Of a DNA stretch of 64,000 nt, positions 29,976 through 40,232 are shown one piece after another. Under the pieces are notes generated by a model that saw only the letters and a list, made by a program, of their open reading frames with translations, ran no database searches and was not told the DNA's origin. The stretch's first letter is position 1, and each line of letters begins with the position of its first letter. This DNA is from a virus. Position numbers and translations under genes: made by a program. The stretch is from IMG/VR virus record IMGVR_UViG_3300021226_000189, one strand, 5' to 3'.

Positions 29976-30491
29976 ATGAACATTTTCTCGACTTCTGAAT
30001 CTCCTGATCAATCCGCTAGATGGTTGGTGGACAAACATTGCTCCAAGATGGGCTTAGAATCTGTACAGCTTTTATGCACAGCTTATCATGAGCAAGGTAT
30101 CGAAGCTCCTTACAAGCCATCGCATCGAAAACACCCTTCATCTATTTGGACAAGAGCAAGTTATGACAACTTTCAATGGTTGATTGCCCATGCTCATGCC
30201 ATCTTTGATGAATACACAGCACGTTATGGTAAGATACACAAGTCTCAAGCAATATTAGAATGGTGTGAAGATCATACTCATCTATTGGGATTCGACTCTT
30301 GGGATTTGACACCATTTGCTATTGCTATTGCTGATGACTGTGAATGTCGTAAGCTGTCGAATTTTGATTCTTTGTCAGCGATTGACAAATACAAATCTTA
30401 CTATTTTTTCGATAAACAACATTTGGCACAATGGAAGCGTAACAAACCAGAATGGTATGATGGTAAGTATTTCGATCAATTATCATTTTGA
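29976..30491 (+). CDS. Pyrimidine-dimer DNA glycosylase-like (DenV-related) protein
   Basis: MNIF..A..L.DKH..KM.LE..QLL, HP...W, IH.S, Y..Y...K..LA.W. Confidence 0.65.
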   Translation: MNIFSTSESPDQSARWLVDKHCSKMGLESVQLLCTAYHEQGIEAPYKPSHRKHPSSIWTRASYDNFQWLIAHAHAIFDEYTARYGKIHKSQAILEWCEDHTHLLGFDSWDLTPFAIAIADDCECRKLSNFDSLSAIDKYKSYYFFDKQHLAQWKRNKPEWYDGKYFDQLSF

Positions 30492-30626
30492 AATATCAAA
30501 TCAAAGATATTTTTCTTTCTAGGTAAGAAAATTTCACAATCTTTATACATTAGATTGATCAAATGTTTGAAAGCCGCTGAAAAACGTTGGGAAGAATTAA
30601 ATTAAAAACTAGAATACAATCGGTGC

Positions 30627-31067
30627 ATGATTAATGCCAGTGGAGTAATCAAAGTAGAAAGAGATAAACAACGCATCGTCGTTGATACTTCTCCTGATAT
30701 TATTGATTATTACCATTGGTTCATCGAGCGTCATTTTTGGATTCGTTTACAGCGTCCCCTACACAACGCTCACGTTACGATTACTAACAAAAAACATCAT
30801 AACAATGTCAATTGGCAACGAGCTATGTATTACGATGGGAAGCGAGTGGATTTCCGATATGACCCGTATGTAATTCAAGGTGGCTATACCAAGGGATTCA
30901 TCATGTTTTATCTGAAAGTTTATTCGAAAGAACTTGACAATATGAAAAAAGACCTTAATATCGTGGAGAACGATGGATACCGTGGACTTCATATAACCAT
31001 TGGGTCATCTGGTAAGAGTGGATCAAATCATGTTTTATTTTGGCCTGAATTAATCACAATTAAATAA
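30627..31067 (+). CDS. Hypothetical protein, possible 2H-phosphodiesterase
   Basis: Two HxT motifs (AHVTI, LHITI); motif-N6-ATG. Confidence 0.5.
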   Translation: MINASGVIKVERDKQRIVVDTSPDIIDYYHWFIERHFWIRLQRPLHNAHVTITNKKHHNNVNWQRAMYYDGKRVDFRYDPYVIQGGYTKGFIMFYLKVYSKELDNMKKDLNIVENDGYRGLHITIGSSGKSGSNHVLFWPELITIK

Positions 31068-31068
31068 A

Positions 31069-31530
31069 ATGAAACAAAACGAAGAAATCAAACCTGAAAG
31101 ACGGAGACGAACCCACGGTAAAGATCGTCGTTCACAGAATGGCGACTTCTCTGATTACGAAGTTCGCTGTATGATGGCGAACTATTGCCGCGACATTACA
31201 GTTGGGATGACAGGTTGGGGCGTTCCCTTTACGGTTTGGGTGGAGCTAAAAGGGCTTGCTAAATTTGAGAAAGGTTCTCTTTACAAGCTTGACAAACCTA
31301 CATGTGAATGTGAGATGTGTGATGGACGCAGAGCAGCGCATGAAGAACTTGAGGAATGTCTTGACAATCTGCAAGTTGGTGATAGAGTCAAAGTTATCAA
31401 TCCTGATTACACACTGTCTCTTGGTAAAGAAGGTTTTATCAGTGAGATTATTAAGAGTGAAATTATGGTTGATTTCGCTGGTGGAATGAGAAGTTGGTTG
31501 ACTGAAAAAGACTTGGAAAAAATAAAATAA
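31069..31530 (+). CDS. Hypothetical protein with C-terminal SH3/KOW-like segment
   Basis: LQVGDRVKVI..G..G.I. Confidence 0.55.
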   Translation: MKQNEEIKPERRRRTHGKDRRSQNGDFSDYEVRCMMANYCRDITVGMTGWGVPFTVWVELKGLAKFEKGSLYKLDKPTCECEMCDGRRAAHEELEECLDNLQVGDRVKVINPDYTLSLGKEGFISEIIKSEIMVDFAGGMRSWLTEKDLEKIK

Positions 31531-31712
31531 TGATCACAGAAGAGCAACAAACACAAATCAAACTCAGTGTCAAAAACCTGATACCTTGTAGAGAAGAAGC
31601 TTACAAAAATAGTTCTGAATTGAGAATTGTTCACACTAATAACCGTTATTGGGATCTACTGAGCTTTTATCAAGGACAATGGCATTACATCGCAACATTA
31701 AAATTACAATAA
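31530..31712 (+). CDS. Hypothetical protein
   Basis: Coupled ORF. Confidence 0.55.
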   Translation: MITEEQQTQIKLSVKNLIPCREEAYKNSSELRIVHTNNRYWDLLSFYQGQWHYIATLKLQ

Positions 31713-31713
31713 T

Positions 31714-31953
31714 ATGGAAGAAAAACCACTAACAAAAAAACAACTAGAACAACTGGGCTTTACTGTCACAGAGAAAAAACTCAAAACAAAAACAAAAGTA
31801 GAGATTGAATATCAACCATTTATCGATAGCTATATTGATACATTTTATCATTATCCTTCTTTTCAAGAAATCGTGGATTGTATCATTAATAATGTTAGTC
31901 GAGAAGAGCGAAAAACAATCAAAGAAAAAATTACATACAACTTATTCCAATAA
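31714..31953 (+). CDS. Hypothetical protein
   Basis: Packed ORF. Confidence 0.6.
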   Translation: MEEKPLTKKQLEQLGFTVTEKKLKTKTKVEIEYQPFIDSYIDTFYHYPSFQEIVDCIINNVSREERKTIKEKITYNLFQ

Positions 31954-31956
31954 TAT

Positions 31957-32292
31957 ATGAATTACGATCCACAAACACACGACCATCGTTGTCTCTCTGA
32001 ATACTATCCAAAAGGATTCGACTGGGAAGAAGAAATGACACTTGAATATCTTATCGACGCACTACAAAAGACATTGGAAAATGCTTATGCGGATGGTATG
32101 CAAGTAGAAGACACTAGTTTCAAATGGCATAGAAATGATGGCTACATGGATATTGATGGCTCATTTCCATACACCGAAGAAGAAATTGAAGCTATCAGAA
32201 TTAGAGAAGAAGAACGTCAACAATGGAGAAAAGAATATCTCCTTAAAGAATTGGAAAAGCTGGAGAAGTCAGAGGGGAAAAAAGGAGAATAA
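31957..32292 (+). CDS. Hypothetical protein
   Basis: Packed ORF. Confidence 0.6.
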   Translation: MNYDPQTHDHRCLSEYYPKGFDWEEEMTLEYLIDALQKTLENAYADGMQVEDTSFKWHRNDGYMDIDGSFPYTEEEIEAIRIREEERQQWRKEYLLKELEKLEKSEGKKGE

Positions 32293-32293
32293 T

Positions 32294-32494
32294 ATGACAG
32301 AAGAAAAAACAGCAGCAATTATATTCTTAGCGAGCGTGGTATCTATGCTCACTCACTGGATCGCGTGGATAGCAGGTGACGAACGGGAAAATTCACCAGG
32401 TAGTGCTACTATCATTTTTATAGTTTTGTTGATTGTGCTTGCATCGACTATACTTTTGTCACTAGTCTTCTTACTCCTGAGTGCTTTTAATTGA
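32294..32494 (+). CDS. Small membrane protein
   Basis: Two hydrophobic segments; start moved from 32135. Confidence 0.55.
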   Translation: MTEEKTAAIIFLASVVSMLTHWIAWIAGDERENSPGSATIIFIVLLIVLASTILLSLVFLLLSAFN

Positions 32495-32520
32495 ATTATA
32501 ACAATCACAACATTAAAAAT

Positions 32521-32823
32521 ATGAAAACAAAACTATTAGCACTATTCGCAATTACGGCACTCGCAAGCTGCGGTGAAACTGAAAAGGTAGATCAGGCCAT
32601 TCATGAAGATGCTGGCAAATTGCCAGATGGTCGCAATGTAAAATATATTAAGAGATATCTAAACAGTGGTCTCGGTGGTACTTATCATCACATCTATTAT
32701 GTAGAAAATCCCGATGGCAGTCATAGCGTCACTACAAACTATAGAAGTGGTAAAGAAAGAAGAGTCACTGTCTTTATTGATGGTGATACTTACGAAGTCG
32801 TTGAAAAGAAAAATAAAAAATAA
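32521..32823 (+). CDS. Putative lipoprotein
   Basis: MKTKLLALFAITALASC lipobox-like signal. Confidence 0.65.
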   Translation: MKTKLLALFAITALASCGETEKVDQAIHEDAGKLPDGRNVKYIKRYLNSGLGGTYHHIYYVENPDGSHSVTTNYRSGKERRVTVFIDGDTYEVVEKKNKK

Positions 32824-32826
32824 ATT

Positions 32827-33141
32827 ATGGAAGAAGAATACGATTATTATGAAGTTGAGGTCGCTAAAAGATCTCATTCAACAGTCTACATCAAAGTTCC
32901 GAAAGGGGAAAAGGTGACATCGAAAAACACCAAAATCATTACTAATGCAGCAGTTGAAACGCTCGACGATGGAGATTGGGATGACTATGGTTGGAGTGAC
33001 GATCTGGAATCTTACGGTATTAAAAAAGTCTCGGAAAAAGAAGCAACCTCCTACGAGGTTTATGATGCGACAGAATATTTCCCAAAAAAAACACAACCTG
33101 AAGACCCAAATCAAATGACCCTTGACTTTGATGAAAAATAG
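32827..33141 (+). CDS. Hypothetical acidic protein
   Basis: Packed ORF; TAG inside motif variant. Confidence 0.65.
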   Translation: MEEEYDYYEVEVAKRSHSTVYIKVPKGEKVTSKNTKIITNAAVETLDDGDWDDYGWSDDLESYGIKKVSEKEATSYEVYDATEYFPKKTQPEDPNQMTLDFDEK

Positions 33142-33155
33142 AATACAATAAACAT

Positions 33156-33830
33156 ATGCCTAATCACGTAACAAACACAATTAAAAGCAATCCTGATGTA
33201 ATTGAAGCTATCATCCGTAAACAGGAGGATGAGTATGTAATTGATTTCAATCTAATCGTCCCTTGTCCGAATAGTCTCATTGATACTAATGCGGACGGTA
33301 GTGAATACTATGCGCGATATATTTCCGATCCTGAAAATAATGGTAGAGAAAAAATTATGTTCGATTCTTTCATTCAAAGAGGTGGGTTGTCATCTTATAC
33401 CGACACACAATTTGAAAATTTTATCAAGATGCTTAGGAATATTCGCGAATATAAACAAACTTCTTGGTATGATTGGAGTATCAAAAATTGGGGGACAAAA
33501 TGGAATGCTTATGCTTACCTTGTTACTGATGAAGATATTACTAATGGAGAAATCAAATTTGAGACTGCTTGGTCATCACCATCACCAGTGATTGTAGAAT
33601 TGTCTAAAAATTTTCCCGATCATGAAATTGAAGTGAAATATGCTGATGAGGATATCGGTAGTAATTATGGTCATTACATCATTAAGAATGGTGTTGTTGA
33701 ACATATTGAAATTGATGATGGTATTCTTTTTGGTATTAATTTGAACGGAGGGTTGGAAGAACGTCCTTGGTATCATTTGAATTCTGAAACTGGAAAATAC
33801 GAATATAACGAAAATTACGAAGAAGAATAA
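33156..33830 (+). CDS. YubB/DUF1281-like ferredoxin-fold protein
   Basis: MPNH, WYDW..KNWGTKWNA, FETAWS.P. Confidence 0.7.
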   Translation: MPNHVTNTIKSNPDVIEAIIRKQEDEYVIDFNLIVPCPNSLIDTNADGSEYYARYISDPENNGREKIMFDSFIQRGGLSSYTDTQFENFIKMLRNIREYKQTSWYDWSIKNWGTKWNAYAYLVTDEDITNGEIKFETAWSSPSPVIVELSKNFPDHEIEVKYADEDIGSNYGHYIIKNGVVEHIEIDDGILFGINLNGGLEERPWYHLNSETGKYEYNENYEEE

Positions 33831-33834
33831 TATT

Positions 33835-34188
33835 ATGGGATTAGATATGAGTTTATATTCCGCAAAGTGGAAAAATGATGAAATTGCTTACTGGAGAAAA
33901 TTCAACGCGCTGCATCAGTGGTTTGTTGAAAATTTGGAGGGTGTCGATAATTGTGAATACTCACCAGTATCCAAGGAAAAATTAGAAAAGTTGGTGAAAA
34001 CGTTGGAGGAATTACAAAAAACGAAAAACACGGAACTTTTTCCAACTCAGAGTGGCTTTTTCTTTGGTTCTACAGACTATGACGATTGGTATTGGGATAA
34101 TGTCGAAAGAACTACCCAAACTCTGAATCAAATTCTTAAAGACTTTGATTTTGAAAACGATCAATTACTTTATAGCGCAAATTGGTAA
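33835..34188 (+). CDS. Conserved phage hypothetical protein
   Basis: MGLDM.LY..YWRKFNALHQWF, LPTQSGFFFG-like motif. Confidence 0.75.
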   Translation: MGLDMSLYSAKWKNDEIAYWRKFNALHQWFVENLEGVDNCEYSPVSKEKLEKLVKTLEELQKTKNTELFPTQSGFFFGSTDYDDWYWDNVERTTQTLNQILKDFDFENDQLLYSANW

Positions 34189-34215
34189 AAATAAAAACTA
34201 GAATACAATGTACAC

Positions 34216-34485
34216 ATGGAAACAATGTTGATTAATTACATTAGAAACGAAAATCGGAAACCACACGGAGTTGTTGTGGCATTTAAACAAGACGGAAAAA
34301 TTCATTTTGGATACTCTCTTCATAATCCTATTGACAAATGGGATCGTGAGCTTGGTATCAAGATTGCAGTAGCTCGTGCTAATGCCGATGAATTTCAATT
34401 GCCTAAAGTGAAAGATCGCCTTGAAGTGGTGAGCGAAGCTTTTGAGCATATGAAAAAACGTGCTATCAGATACTTCAAACAGTAA
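34216..34485 (+). CDS. Hypothetical protein
   Basis: Motif-N6-ATG. Confidence 0.7.
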   Translation: METMLINYIRNENRKPHGVVVAFKQDGKIHFGYSLHNPIDKWDRELGIKIAVARANADEFQLPKVKDRLEVVSEAFEHMKKRAIRYFKQ

Positions 34486-34513
34486 CCTTTGTAACTTGAA
34501 AAAATAAAAAAAT

Positions 34514-34714
34514 ATGAAAATTGTGCAAAAAAATAATAATGGTAATGGGATTGGATTTGCAGGTCTTTTGACTGTGGCATTCATTGTCCTGAAATTGTGT
34601 GGTGTAATCACATGGTCTTGGTGGTGGGTGCTTTCCCCTATCTGGATTACCATCCTTTTGGTAATTGCTATTTTAGTAATTGTGGGGGTCATCGCCTATT
34701 ACACAACCAAATGA
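34514..34714 (+). CDS. Small phage membrane protein
   Basis: GIGFAGLLTVAFIVLKLCGVITWSWWWVLSPIW. Confidence 0.75.
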   Translation: MKIVQKNNNGNGIGFAGLLTVAFIVLKLCGVITWSWWWVLSPIWITILLVIAILVIVGVIAYYTTK

Positions 34715-35028
34715 TTCCAGAGAAGAAATTACCTATCCACGAACTCAAGTATTATCATAGTGATAATCTCGGGTTCGTGTTTATCGGAGCTGCAAAATCT
34801 TCCGATGGTGCTATCCAAAGATTGGCACAATTTTTGAAAGATATTGGAGTATCGAGAGAACTTCCAGAATTTTATCAGCGTGTAGCTACAAATGCTGTTG
34901 CATTTGTTTACAATGGTAATTCTGGATTTCAAAGCGGAGAATTTTATCGCGCTTCCAATAGAGTGAATTTTATGGGTATTTTTAAAATCGAAACTTTAGG
35001 GATTTACTTGGATGAATTACAAGCTTAA
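34711..35028 (+). CDS. Hypothetical protein
   Basis: ATGA-coupled start, moved from 34597. Confidence 0.6.
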   Translation: MIPEKKLPIHELKYYHSDNLGFVFIGAAKSSDGAIQRLAQFLKDIGVSRELPEFYQRVATNAVAFVYNGNSGFQSGEFYRASNRVNFMGIFKIETLGIYLDELQA

Positions 35029-35254
35029 CATGTTACCTTTGGAAGAAGGTGGGACGGCGGTTTTAGATTACGAACCATCGTTCCACTCTCTCATGGAAGA
35101 GACATTGATGCTGTGTGGTCGGGAAGATATTGTATTATGTTCTCGTTCATACATCAATGAAAATATGTTTTCCATGCATTTAATTAGTGATAAATATGAC
35201 TTGACAGATTGGTGGAAAGCTGTTAAGATAGTGAGTGAAAAATATGCAGAATGA
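35012..35254 (+). CDS. Hypothetical protein
   Basis: Packed ORF. Confidence 0.55.
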   Translation: MNYKLNMLPLEEGGTAVLDYEPSFHSLMEETLMLCGREDIVLCSRSYINENMFSMHLISDKYDLTDWWKAVKIVSEKYAE

Positions 35255-35684
35255 TATTACAATTCCCTTGGAACTTTTTGATGGTAGGTTTTCTTTGGAA
35301 GAGATTGCTACCGTGAGTATGCTTTTAGCGTCCCCTCATATGTCCTTAAAAACTAGAGAACAATGGGCTGACAATTCAACGTGTAATGAAATCACTAATA
35401 AATTGATTAAAGATCAGATTATTAAATTTCAAGGTGATAAATTAGAAATTGATATAACAGAAAAACAAGAAGAACCTATGAATATTCATCAACAAATCGA
35501 AGATATCCTCGGTAAATATGAGATCAACCCTGATGATAAAGCGAAGTTAAATGATCTATTAGAAACAATCGGTCATGAGTCATTCGGGGCTGGTTATGAT
35601 AGGGGTTACGAAGATGGTAGAATTGATTTCTCCGTCTGTGACTCGTCGTTTAATTCTTACGGTAAGAAAGAAGATTACCTATAA
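35235..35684 (+). CDS. Hypothetical protein (contains a decayed promoter motif at 35348)
   Basis: 149 aa packed ORF. Confidence 0.6.
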   Translation: MKNMQNDITIPLELFDGRFSLEEIATVSMLLASPHMSLKTREQWADNSTCNEITNKLIKDQIIKFQGDKLEIDITEKQEEPMNIHQQIEDILGKYEINPDDKAKLNDLLETIGHESFGAGYDRGYEDGRIDFSVCDSSFNSYGKKEDYL

Positions 35685-35698
35685 AGTGGAAAAATATC

Positions 35699-36142
35699 AT
35701 GACAATCGCACAACAATTAAAAATTAAAGAATTTCCTTTTGTAATCAAAGATTCCAATGGTAATGTGATTTACCATGAGGATTCCTCTGGACATTGGGTA
35801 AAACGTGAATGGGATGCCAATGGTAAAGTGATTTACTATGAGGCTTCCAAGGGATTTTGGATAAAATACGAATACGATGCCAATGGTGACGAGATTTACT
35901 GTGAGTCTTCCTCTGGATATTGGAGAAAACGTGAATGGGATGTCAATGGTAATCAGATTTACTATGAGACTTCCGATGGATATTGGTCAAAACACGAATA
36001 CGATGACAAGGGTAATGAGATTTACTATGAGAGTTCGAAGGGAGCAATCGAAGACAAACGTCCTAAAACAGAAGTTCAAAAGGCAATCGAACTCCTCACT
36101 AAAGAGGGATTGCTGGTGGATGGTAAGATTCTAAAAAACTAG
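35699..36142 (+). CDS. MTIAQQ repeat family copy 1 (4 repeat units, 147 aa)
   Basis: Constant caps plus 21-aa repeats. Confidence 0.9.
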   Translation: MTIAQQLKIKEFPFVIKDSNGNVIYHEDSSGHWVKREWDANGKVIYYEASKGFWIKYEYDANGDEIYCESSSGYWRKREWDVNGNQIYYETSDGYWSKHEYDDKGNEIYYESSKGAIEDKRPKTEVQKAIELLTKEGLLVDGKILKN

Positions 36143-36156
36143 AATACAATCACAAT

Positions 36157-36474
36157 ATGACAATCGCACAGCAATTAAAAATCAAAGACTTCCCGTTTGA
36201 AATCAAGGATGCCAATGGTAAAGAGATTTACTATGAGTTTTCCTCTGGATATTGGGAAAAACGTGAATACGATACCAATGGTAAATTGATTTACTATGAG
36301 GATTCCACTGGATATTGGGTAAAATATGAATACGATGACAAGGGTAATGAGATTTATTTTGAGAATTCCAAGGGAGTAATCGAAGACAATCGTCCTAAGA
36401 CTGATGTCCAACAAGCAATCGAACTCCTCACTAAAGAGGGATTGATTGCGGATGGTAAGATTCTAAAAAACTAG
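36157..36474 (+). CDS. MTIAQQ repeat family copy 2 (2 units, 105 aa)
   Basis: As above; motif-N6-ATG. Confidence 0.9.
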   Translation: MTIAQQLKIKDFPFEIKDANGKEIYYEFSSGYWEKREYDTNGKLIYYEDSTGYWVKYEYDDKGNEIYFENSKGVIEDNRPKTDVQQAIELLTKEGLIADGKILKN

Positions 36475-36488
36475 AATACAATCGTAGT

Positions 36489-36827
36489 ATGACAATCGCA
36501 CAGCAATTAAAAATCAAAGACTTCCCTTTTGAAATCAAGGATTCCAATGGTAAAGTGATTTACTTTGAGGATTCCACTGGATATTGGTCAAAACGTGAAT
36601 ACGATGCCAATGGTAATGTGATTTACTATGAGAATTCCAATGGATATTGGTCAAAACACGAATACGATTCCAATGGTGATTGGATTTACTATGAGGATTC
36701 CAATGGAGTAATCGTAGACAAACGTCCTAAGATAGAAGTTCAAAAGGCAATCGAACTCCTCACTAAAGAGGGATTGCTGGTGAATCTTGGTTGGATTCTG
36801 ATTATTAAAAAACTAAAATACAATTGA
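36489..36827 (+). CDS. MTIAQQ repeat family copy 3 (2 units, C-terminus replaced)
   Basis: Cap diverges after EGLLV. Confidence 0.85.
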   Translation: MTIAQQLKIKDFPFEIKDSNGKVIYFEDSTGYWSKREYDANGNVIYYENSNGYWSKHEYDSNGDWIYYEDSNGVIVDKRPKIEVQKAIELLTKEGLLVNLGWILIIKKLKYN

Positions 36828-36830
36828 GAC

Positions 36831-37007
36831 ATGAAAGCAAGCTATCGAAAAGTAAAGAACGGATTCTACCCTGTCATCATCTTCAATGACAAATCGAGAA
36901 TGACACATAGAACATTGTGCTGCACTAAAGAATTGGCTATCAATTTGGCACATAATATCATTCTAGGGATCGAGCAATACCGAGAAAAAGAATGTATTAT
37001 CCTATGA
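36831..37007 (+). CDS. Small hypothetical protein (58 aa, not in ORF track)
   Basis: Motif-N6-ATG; TGA overlaps next ATG. Confidence 0.55.
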   Translation: MKASYRKVKNGFYPVIIFNDKSRMTHRTLCCTKELAINLAHNIILGIEQYREKECIIL

Positions 37008-37273
37008 GAGATAAATTAAAAAGAAAAACAGTCTTCTTACCAATCATTGCGGAAATCGATGTTGAAGAGTGTATCTCTAACATGAGTTATGAGGAAGTCA
37101 TGGATCTCATTATCAAATTTGATTTGGCACAAGCGAATGCGGGATTCACTGAAGAATTGATTATCAAATTGGCTAAATCAATGAAAGATGATCTATCTGA
37201 AGAGGAATGGAAACCATACGAAAAATTCATCAAAGCAATCGAACAAGCCAATGAAACCTGCACAGATTCGTAA
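37004..37273 (+). CDS. Hypothetical protein
   Basis: ATGA-coupled. Confidence 0.6.
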   Translation: MRDKLKRKTVFLPIIAEIDVEECISNMSYEEVMDLIIKFDLAQANAGFTEELIIKLAKSMKDDLSEEEWKPYEKFIKAIEQANETCTDS

Positions 37274-37481
37274 GAAAGAAGATATGATGCTTGCTGAAAA
37301 AGCTTTACGTGAAAATAAGCAAGCACCATATGATGATTCTTTCAATCCTTGGGGCGATGATGAACCTTTGAGAAAAGATAGATTTAAAAGATATTACGAA
37401 GGCATCCATAAACGCTTTTGGAATTACGAACCAATCTTCAGGGATTTATGCGAAGTTTATGGATTAGAATTGAAAAATTAA
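37251..37481 (+). CDS. Hypothetical protein
   Basis: Packed ORF; stop begins the motif. Confidence 0.55.
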   Translation: MKPAQIRKKEDMMLAEKALRENKQAPYDDSFNPWGDDEPLRKDRFKRYYEGIHKRFWNYEPIFRDLCEVYGLELKN

Positions 37482-37506
37482 AAAACTAGAATACAATCGT
37501 AACACA

Positions 37507-38463
37507 ATGCAACTTAATACTCTCGAAACAAAATTCGCCAAATGCTCGTCTATTCAAATTCCAGATGCGTTCTACAATCGCATGTCTACTGGTAACGATG
37601 ATATCGATTTGATGTTCGGCACTGAGCAATTCAAAGGCTTTATGCCAGGTAGTGCTATCACCATCACTGGTACTCCAGGTGCTGGTAAATCCACTCTTCT
37701 CTGTCAGGTATCTCAGATGCTTACCACTCAAGGTAAACGTGCTGCTATCGCTTCTGGTGAAGAGTCTCATATTCAAATCGCTTATGCTTGCAAGCGTTTG
37801 GGTGTGACTGATGTGGATGTAGCTCATATCAAAGATGTGGAAGAAATCGCTGCTGCCATGCATCATTATGATTTCATGGTTGTGGATAGCTTTCAAGCTT
37901 TGCGTTCGAATAAGAACATGAAGAAGAGAGAGTTCAACCAATATGCTCAAGACTTACTCCTTTCCACTGCTAAAGAAACTGGTTGTGTTCTGGTGTTTGT
38001 TCTTCATATTACTGTTAGTGGTCTTCCTAAAGGTGGCACTGATGTCATCCATGCTGTCGATGTGAATATGCGTGTGACAGTGGACAAAGAAGACAATTCT
38101 ATGCGTCTGATTGATGTTTACAAGAATCGCTTTGGTGAAACTAAAACTCATATGGCTATGATGACTCCTAACGGTTTTGATTTCAAAGGTCTTTATGTTG
38201 CTCCTACTGAGGAAAACAAAGAAAAGCAACCCAAAGTTCCTGCAAATGAAAAGCGCAAAGAAGAGATTCTTTCCATGGATGAACCTCCTCACTTGACATT
38301 GGATCGTATCTGTGATAAGTTGGGTGTGTCAGGGCAAATTGCTGGTAGCATCCTACGCGAAATGGTTGGAGAAGGCAAGCTTCAGAAATTCGGTCGTGGT
38401 GCAAATGCTGTGTGGAAGATCGCACAAGAGTGTCAGAAACTTCATAAAGAATTGGTGAAATAA
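37507..38463 (+). CDS. RadA/Sms-like RecA-family ATPase with C-terminal winged-HTH-like segment
   Basis: GTPGAGKSTL, SGEES, VVDSFQ, H.VD, KNRFG. Confidence 0.8.
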   Translation: MQLNTLETKFAKCSSIQIPDAFYNRMSTGNDDIDLMFGTEQFKGFMPGSAITITGTPGAGKSTLLCQVSQMLTTQGKRAAIASGEESHIQIAYACKRLGVTDVDVAHIKDVEEIAAAMHHYDFMVVDSFQALRSNKNMKKREFNQYAQDLLLSTAKETGCVLVFVLHITVSGLPKGGTDVIHAVDVNMRVTVDKEDNSMRLIDVYKNRFGETKTHMAMMTPNGFDFKGLYVAPTEENKEKQPKVPANEKRKEEILSMDEPPHLTLDRICDKLGVSGQIAGSILREMVGEGKLQKFGRGANAVWKIAQECQKLHKELVK

Positions 38464-38464
38464 T

Positions 38465-38917
38465 ATGCAAACAACATACATCGGTGTCTATCTCAAAGTA
38501 GCTTATTCTAAATGTGAGCAAGAGACTATTACTTTGGTGAATTCCCAAGGGAAAGAATTTAAGAGTGGACAATTCGATCCAGATACAGGAGAGAAGTTGA
38601 TTGAAAAAGTATCTAAAACATACAAATGGGTGAAACCTGATATTGATATTGAAGATGAATATCTTGATGAGGATGAATTTCATTCACCTCTATGTATTGA
38701 TAGTAACACTCATGCTTATTTTCTAATTAATAGAAACACTAGATTTAGTACACATCTCGGAGAATATTCGATTTTCAAGGTCAGTGTGGATACCATTGAT
38801 ATTAAAGAAATCATCGAAGAATTCAAAAAAGAATACAGTGACTATCTACATTATTATACCACTGTTCGTGGATATGAAGTTGAAGTCAAATGGGGGGTTA
38901 TCAATTACGGGAATTAA
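38465..38917 (+). CDS. Hypothetical protein
   Basis: Packed ORF. Confidence 0.65.
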   Translation: MQTTYIGVYLKVAYSKCEQETITLVNSQGKEFKSGQFDPDTGEKLIEKVSKTYKWVKPDIDIEDEYLDEDEFHSPLCIDSNTHAYFLINRNTRFSTHLGEYSIFKVSVDTIDIKEIIEEFKKEYSDYLHYYTTVRGYEVEVKWGVINYGN

Positions 38918-38920
38918 TAT

Positions 38921-39136
38921 ATGAAACAAGAACTTAAATTAGGAATGGCAGCATTATCAAATGATGTGTTTGCAGGTTATCTTTGTAAAGACGGTAGAAC
39001 TTGGAAACAAGGTAAACACAATGTGACAAGTGATTTCTTACAAACGATGATCCAATATGTTGGTATTGGTAAATCTTTGGAAATTAATGTTGGAGGTAAA
39101 CCGAAGTATAAAGTCACGGTGGAGGAAATTGCTTAA
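38921..39136 (+). CDS. Hypothetical protein
   Basis: Packed ORF; stop begins motif variant. Confidence 0.65.
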   Translation: MKQELKLGMAALSNDVFAGYLCKDGRTWKQGKHNVTSDFLQTMIQYVGIGKSLEINVGGKPKYKVTVEEIA

Positions 39137-39221
39137 AAAATAGAATATACTGATTCTATAGGGTTGACAAAAAACGGAAATAGAGTAAAAAGAAATAGTG
39201 AAACAAACAATACAGTGAACG

Positions 39222-40232
39222 ATGAAACATTATACATTCCCAAAGATTAAACAATATCATCAAGTTCTTCGTGATATTAAATTGCGGATATCTTATATTG
39301 GAAAGGACGAAAATGATGAAGTAATTTATAAAGAGCCTGATACTTGGCCTATTATCAAATTCATAGGAAGAATTAAGCTACATGGCACTAATGCTGCTAT
39401 CGTTTTTAATTCAGATGGATCATTTTATTGTCAATCGAGAGAAAATATCATCAACGAAATTCAAGATAATGCTGGTTTTGCTCATTGGGTTAATAAAGAT
39501 GGGAAGGTTATTCGGAATGAAATCAGCACATCTTTCAAAGACGGTGTGAAACATATAATTTTGTTTGGTGAATGGTGCGGTGGTTCTATTCAAAAAGGTG
39601 TCGCACTAAATCAATTAAGTAAAAGGTTTGTCATATTCGGTATGAAAGCGGTGTTTGAAGACGATACTACTGAATGGTTGGATTCATCTGGTATTCGGAA
39701 TCATTCTATCAACGTGTATAATATTGACGATTATCGTAAATACGAAATCGATATCGATTTGAATCGTCCTGACAATGCTATTGAACAAATGACACAATGG
39801 ACTGGCGAAATTGGGGATGAATGTCCATTTTCCAAAGAGTTTGGAGTGTTAGGTGTGGGAGAGGGAATCGTGTGGAGAATGGAAAATGAATGGGGATACT
39901 CAACATCATTCAAAACAAAAGATGAAAAACATACTATTTCCAAAATTAAAAAGCTCCCTACGGTTGACGTGCAAAAATTAGACTCTATCCAAGAAGCCGT
40001 CGATACTCATTGTCATGAAGATAGATTACAACAAATTTACGATAAAATCGTTCTAACAGAAGCCGATAAAGTTCCTCAAAAGATCGGAGATTTTGTGCGT
40101 TTGGTGATTGAAGATTGTTGGGAAGAAGAAGGCGATTCTATCAGAGCATCAGATATTTCCAGAAAAGAATTCGGTGCTGCTTGTTCTAAAAAAATAGCCA
40201 AATGGTTTCAAAATAAAATTTCACAACTATGA
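39222..40232 (+). CDS. RNA ligase, Rnl2-like
   Basis: Motif I KLHGTN, LFGEWCG, F..F, GEGIV, K.K..K. Confidence 0.8.
   Translation: MKHYTFPKIKQYHQVLRDIKLRISYIGKDENDEVIYKEPDTWPIIKFIGRIKLHGTNAAIVFNSDGSFYCQSRENIINEIQDNAGFAHWVNKDGKVIRNEISTSFKDGVKHIILFGEWCGGSIQKGVALNQLSKRFVIFGMKAVFEDDTTEWLDSSGIRNHSINVYNIDDYRKYEIDIDLNRPDNAIEQMTQWTGEIGDECPFSKEFGVLGVGEGIVWRMENEWGYSTSFKTKDEKHTISKIKKLPTVDVQKLDSIQEAVDTHCHEDRLQQIYDKIVLTEADKVPQKIGDFVRLVIEDCWEEEGDSIRASDISRKEFGAACSKKIAKWFQNKISQL

Noticed and set aside
36140-36157. TAG recoding (code 15) fusing tandem family copies
   Set aside because: The 14-nt spacers put the next ATG out of frame, and TAG terminates many genes at natural ends
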